DNA of 58,252 nucleotides, counting the filler, from Sluysia triapertura (lineage: Eukaryota): NCBI GenBank assembly GCA_046118255.1. It is 4 parts of 4 records of this genome, joined end to end, with 100 filler letters (N's around TTAATTAATTAA, not from the genome) between each part and the next. Parts side by side here need not be neighbours in the genome. Positions count along the whole stretch, not along the records: positions 47,145 to 58,252 come from JBJNIA010188776.1; 3 more parts are not named here. One strand, given 5' to 3'. Below, piece after piece: positions 54,094 to 58,252 of this stretch. The translations under genes and the position numbers were made by a program. A model generated the notes under the pieces. The model saw only the letters and a program-made list of their open reading frames with translations. It had not been told where the DNA came from and made no database searches. Every line of letters starts with the position of its first letter. The first letter of the stretch is position 1.

Positions 54094-57000
54094 AAAAACT
54101 TCTTTTTCTATTTTTAGTAATAAGTTTTCTTTTAGAAAATAAGATTTCTTTTTAAGAAAATGTTTTAAGTTGCATTAAAGTGTTGCAGTAAGTAGAATTA
54201 TTAGTATATTTCCTTCTTGCAGTGCTAATTTCAACATTTTATTATATTGAACTTCGACCTTCGTTAGAAGATGGAGGAGATTGCTGTGTTGTGGGAGGCT
54301 GTCGAGTAATAACAGAAGCAGTATTAGATGATGAATGCATATAGTAAGGAATATTGCTAGATATTGTAGTGAACTCAAAATAGACAAACAAACTTCAACA
54401 CAATTAACATAACTTACATAAACAAATTACTAAACGAATTACTCAATACATACAAAACACAAACACAATCGTAATAGTTTATTATTATTATTATTATTAT
54501 AATTTATAATTATTGTAATTGTTATCGTTGTTACAATAGCTCTCAGTTATTGTTTCTTATATGAATATGTATGTTTATATCTTTCTTGTTATTATTATTA
54601 GTATTTATTTATTATTTATTTAAAATTTTCTCTAGGAAAATGGCTTTACCTCCGTCCAAAAATCAGTGTGCAATTTTACAATTGTTTGTTTTTTTTCAAT
54701 TAAAGTTAATAATTAAATTTCACGTTTTATGAAGTGGAAATGATTTTTAATTTGTTCGAGACATTTATAAAATTTAACTTAAATTAAGTTTATTTTAATT
54801 TATTTTTAATAATAAAAAAATCCATGTCAGAAATTTATATCAATTTGTACCTAGCGATAATACTTGGTTTTGTTTATTCACAAATTTTTATGCAACTGAT
54901 CAAAATGAGCTAGATTTAATAGAATCTACCAAACGTGCATATATCTCTCTTCTTTTACCAGATTGGCTAAGTGTTATGTTTATACCATGACAATTATCTG
55001 CATCGTCATAATTTTATGTATTATATTAGTATTTGAAATGAATATGAAACTCAAAGAGAATACAGAAAATTTGTAGAAATTGCTCTTGATGATTTATGTA
55101 CCAATTTATTCAATCATCTCAAAATACTATTTTGATGTGTATGTATATTTTTATTTTAATTTTAGTAAAAAGAAGTGGAAGTTTAGTTTTTTATATATTG
55201 GCTATAATTAGTGATACGATTATTATTTGACATCACATTTCAGTGAGCCAATTGATGAGGTAACTAAAAAAATTAAAGTGAGTGGATGTGCACATAATGT
55301 AAGTTACACGAACTGAAAGTAATTAATAATAATAGGTCAATAATTAGTGTAAATATGAATAAATGCATTACAAAGAATAAAAACAAATTACAATATTTAT
55401 ATAATAAAAGATCTTTGATTCTGATTTAGTTAAATTATTTTATAAATTTGAAATCGCAATATAAAATTTTACGTGTTGCATTTACCTCGCATCAAATTTC
55501 ACACTGAATTTCAAAATATTTACGAAAATTATTGTTTTATTTATTCGCATTTTGTATTGTTGAAGAACGTAAGTCGAATTTTAGTAATTCTAACCTTACA
55601 AAACAGTATAAATTTAAAATTTTTTGTAATACAAATATAAAAATTGTTCAGAAGATGGAGGAACTTGTTGTGTTTGGGTAGGACGTTGAGTAGAAACAGA
55701 AGCAGTAAATGATGAATGTATATAGTAAAGAATATTGATGGATCTGATTCTTTGCGTGCTTTGCACATTTAAATTTGAATATTCTATTCCAAAAAGAAAC
55801 AAACCAATGACATATTATCTAAAGTGACAATAATGATGAACCTTTTAATTAAAACTTTGAAAAAACATGAAAATTAATAGAGACTTATGGATTATTTTAT
55901 TCAGAGTACGGACAAATTAACGTCTATAGAAGCTTATATCAGAGTATCTAATTTTATAATACGTTATTATTATTTTGAACAATAAGGCATATATGTATTA
56001 TTGGTGTTTGTTAAATAATGAGCTACCATGTATATGTTGTAAATTGGAAGTTTACAAAGACTATGTAATAGTATTGATTATGCAGATTGGTGAGTGCTGA
56101 GTTTATAAAATATATAAAATTATTTGGGAGTTTTCAGATTTAATAATATACGTAATTACTTTATGAACAATAGCCTCAATATCATATATTTCATCATGCC
56201 ATTAAAATTATTATTATTATTGTTGCCAAATAGAAACGCGCGTCATTGCTTAAGAGGAAAATCTATTATTTTAGCATATTTAACCTAATATGAATTATTA
56301 TGATTATAAATATTATAATAATAATTATTATTAATGGGTTGAAAGCACATATATATAAATATGAATTTGTGAATATAAATGAACATCAAAATACTTCATA
56401 TTATAAGTTTTATATTACACTGAGATTAAAATAAATTAATTCTAAATATTATGGTAAATTTTTTAGATTGCAGGCTTCAGAAACATATAAAAAAAGCTAA
56501 ATTCCCCTAAGTATTGATTATATATTTTAAAACGCAATGACACTTAAGACAATATATAAAACTTATTTCAATTTAAATAAGAAAATTATTTTATAATAAT
56601 AAAAATATTAAATTAAAGTCGAACGGGGATTCGGGATTCCCAAAATAATATATCTTATTTAAATAATTGTGAAGATTGATTTTCATGATTTTTAATGATG
56701 ATATTTTTGATTTAATTTGATAATTATTAATTGTTATTTTATTCTATATTTCAATATTATCATTATTATATTTAAAAATATTTAAGAAAAAAATAAAATA
56801 AATAATATAAATTTTTTACAATATTAAACTATTTAAAATATATAGTAACTTGTTTAAAAATTAATTGTTTAACCAAAATAATATTGTAAATAAACAAAAT
56901 GGCTGACTAAATTAATTTATATAAATGATAACATTCTGGAATTATGACACAAGAAAATAATCGATTAACATTATCTCGGGAATATTTGGTTTACGACATT

Positions 57001-57744
57001 GGAAAAAATTAATTTATCATTTGGTTCCAAACCGAAAATTTCCATTATTGTTCCAGTCAAAATCTAATTCAATAAAATTTATTCCATGCATAAAAAGTAA
57101 TTTTATATTACATAAGTTTGATAAGGTCCTAATTGTAATACAATAGGGTCATTTAAAATCTTACACAAAATATCATTTTATTTTATTTTAAATTCTCAAT
57201 TTCTTTAAGCTTAAGGTTGAAAAATCATTATTCGTATCATATAATTATCTTTATATATTTTGTTTTCTATAATAATTTGCGAAGGATTTATTTCTTGTGA
57301 ATAATATAATTTAATGATGTTAAAATCTTATTTATTAAAATCTTCAAAACCATTGATCAGACCGTAAAAAGGCTGTCTTAACTTTCAAATCTTGTTAACT
57401 GATTATAAAATAATTATCTTAACATTTAGAAATAAAACAAATAACTTAATTCTATCCCTTCAAAGAAAGTTTAATTAGACCGTCATCATTTTTTGATATA
57501 TCATGTACCTAATTAGCCGAACTAATCTTATCTATTTTGCTAAGTAAGTTTCTTTTAAGTTAAAACCACAACATAATTATCATTTTAAACTTAAGTAAAA
57601 ATAAAAATAAAACCCAAGCACTGATTTTCTTTTATAATAATATAATTATGTTTTTGTTGTTTTGAATTTTTCAGTATAACCTTTTATGCTTGTGTCATCC
57701 AGTCATTCCAAAATTCACACAAATCATCGGAACCTCTTTTTACG

Positions 57745-58035
57745 ATAATTTTAATAATTACATGGTACGACATATGTCAATCAACCATTATTTTTCTTTT
57801 ACTTTCTCAATCCATTTTTTCATAAATTACTTCTTACATTAATATAAAAATTGTTATTATCAACATACATAAAAATGACGCATCTAACTTTAGGTTTTGG
57901 AATTGAGTTAATTTTCAATTCCTCTCACTCAATCTTCTAATGAAAAATGTTTAATGTTCAACATAGTTTTCAGATTCTTCTCTTTCATATATTAATTTCA
58001 TATTCAATTCAAAATACAATATTAAATTTCCAGAT
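57745..58035 (+). repeat. Dispersed repeat family A, partial copy 3
   Basis: ATTACATGGTACGAC and CACTCAATCTTCTAATGAAAAATGTTTAA match blocks of copies 1 and 2. Confidence 0.55.
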
Positions 58036-58252
58036 CATACTTCAATTTTTCGTAATTACAGTACACATTTAACCAATAAGTATGTACGTCAATATTTTTT
58101 TACTAAATTATTAGTGACAGTTATGTCGAAAAATAAAAATGACATACATTTTTCAATACGTACTATATTATAATTATTGTTTATTATTAATTATTATTAT
58201 AAAGTATTTATTCTTTGTAATATAAATTTTAATAAAAGGAACTAGTTGACAG

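Overview
AT-rich animal (metazoan) genomic DNA, not prokaryotic. The window is an artificial concatenation of four scaffolds joined by 100-bp N44-TTAATTAATTAA-N44 spacers (19471, 32916, 47045), so adjacency across those points has no biological meaning. Scaffold 1 (1-19470) is gene-dense with 31-41 nt spliceosomal introns. It holds: a ~2,500-aa plakin-family gene (plakin domain plus SH3 in 12 small exons, then one giant exon with about 35-40 QT/TQ/CQ motifs resembling dynein light chain LC8 sites, a repeated 'SLxPKL' region and a short C-terminal plectin-repeat-like end); an intronless chimera fusing the SF3B3 N-terminus to unrelated and WD40 sequence; a decayed gag-like element split by a 1.1-kb TG..CA insertion; and the 5' part of KIF6. 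Scaffolds 2-4 are gene-poor, (AAT)n-rich and full of decayed transposons (piggyBac, Gypsy pol, an R2-like RLE element, shared ~1-kb repeats, tRNA-Cys-derived tandem repeats). They also carry the 3' half of a Smad1/5/Mad gene. The best candidate for an undescribed system is the plakin with the periodic LC8-like motif array. All calls were made by eye without database searches.
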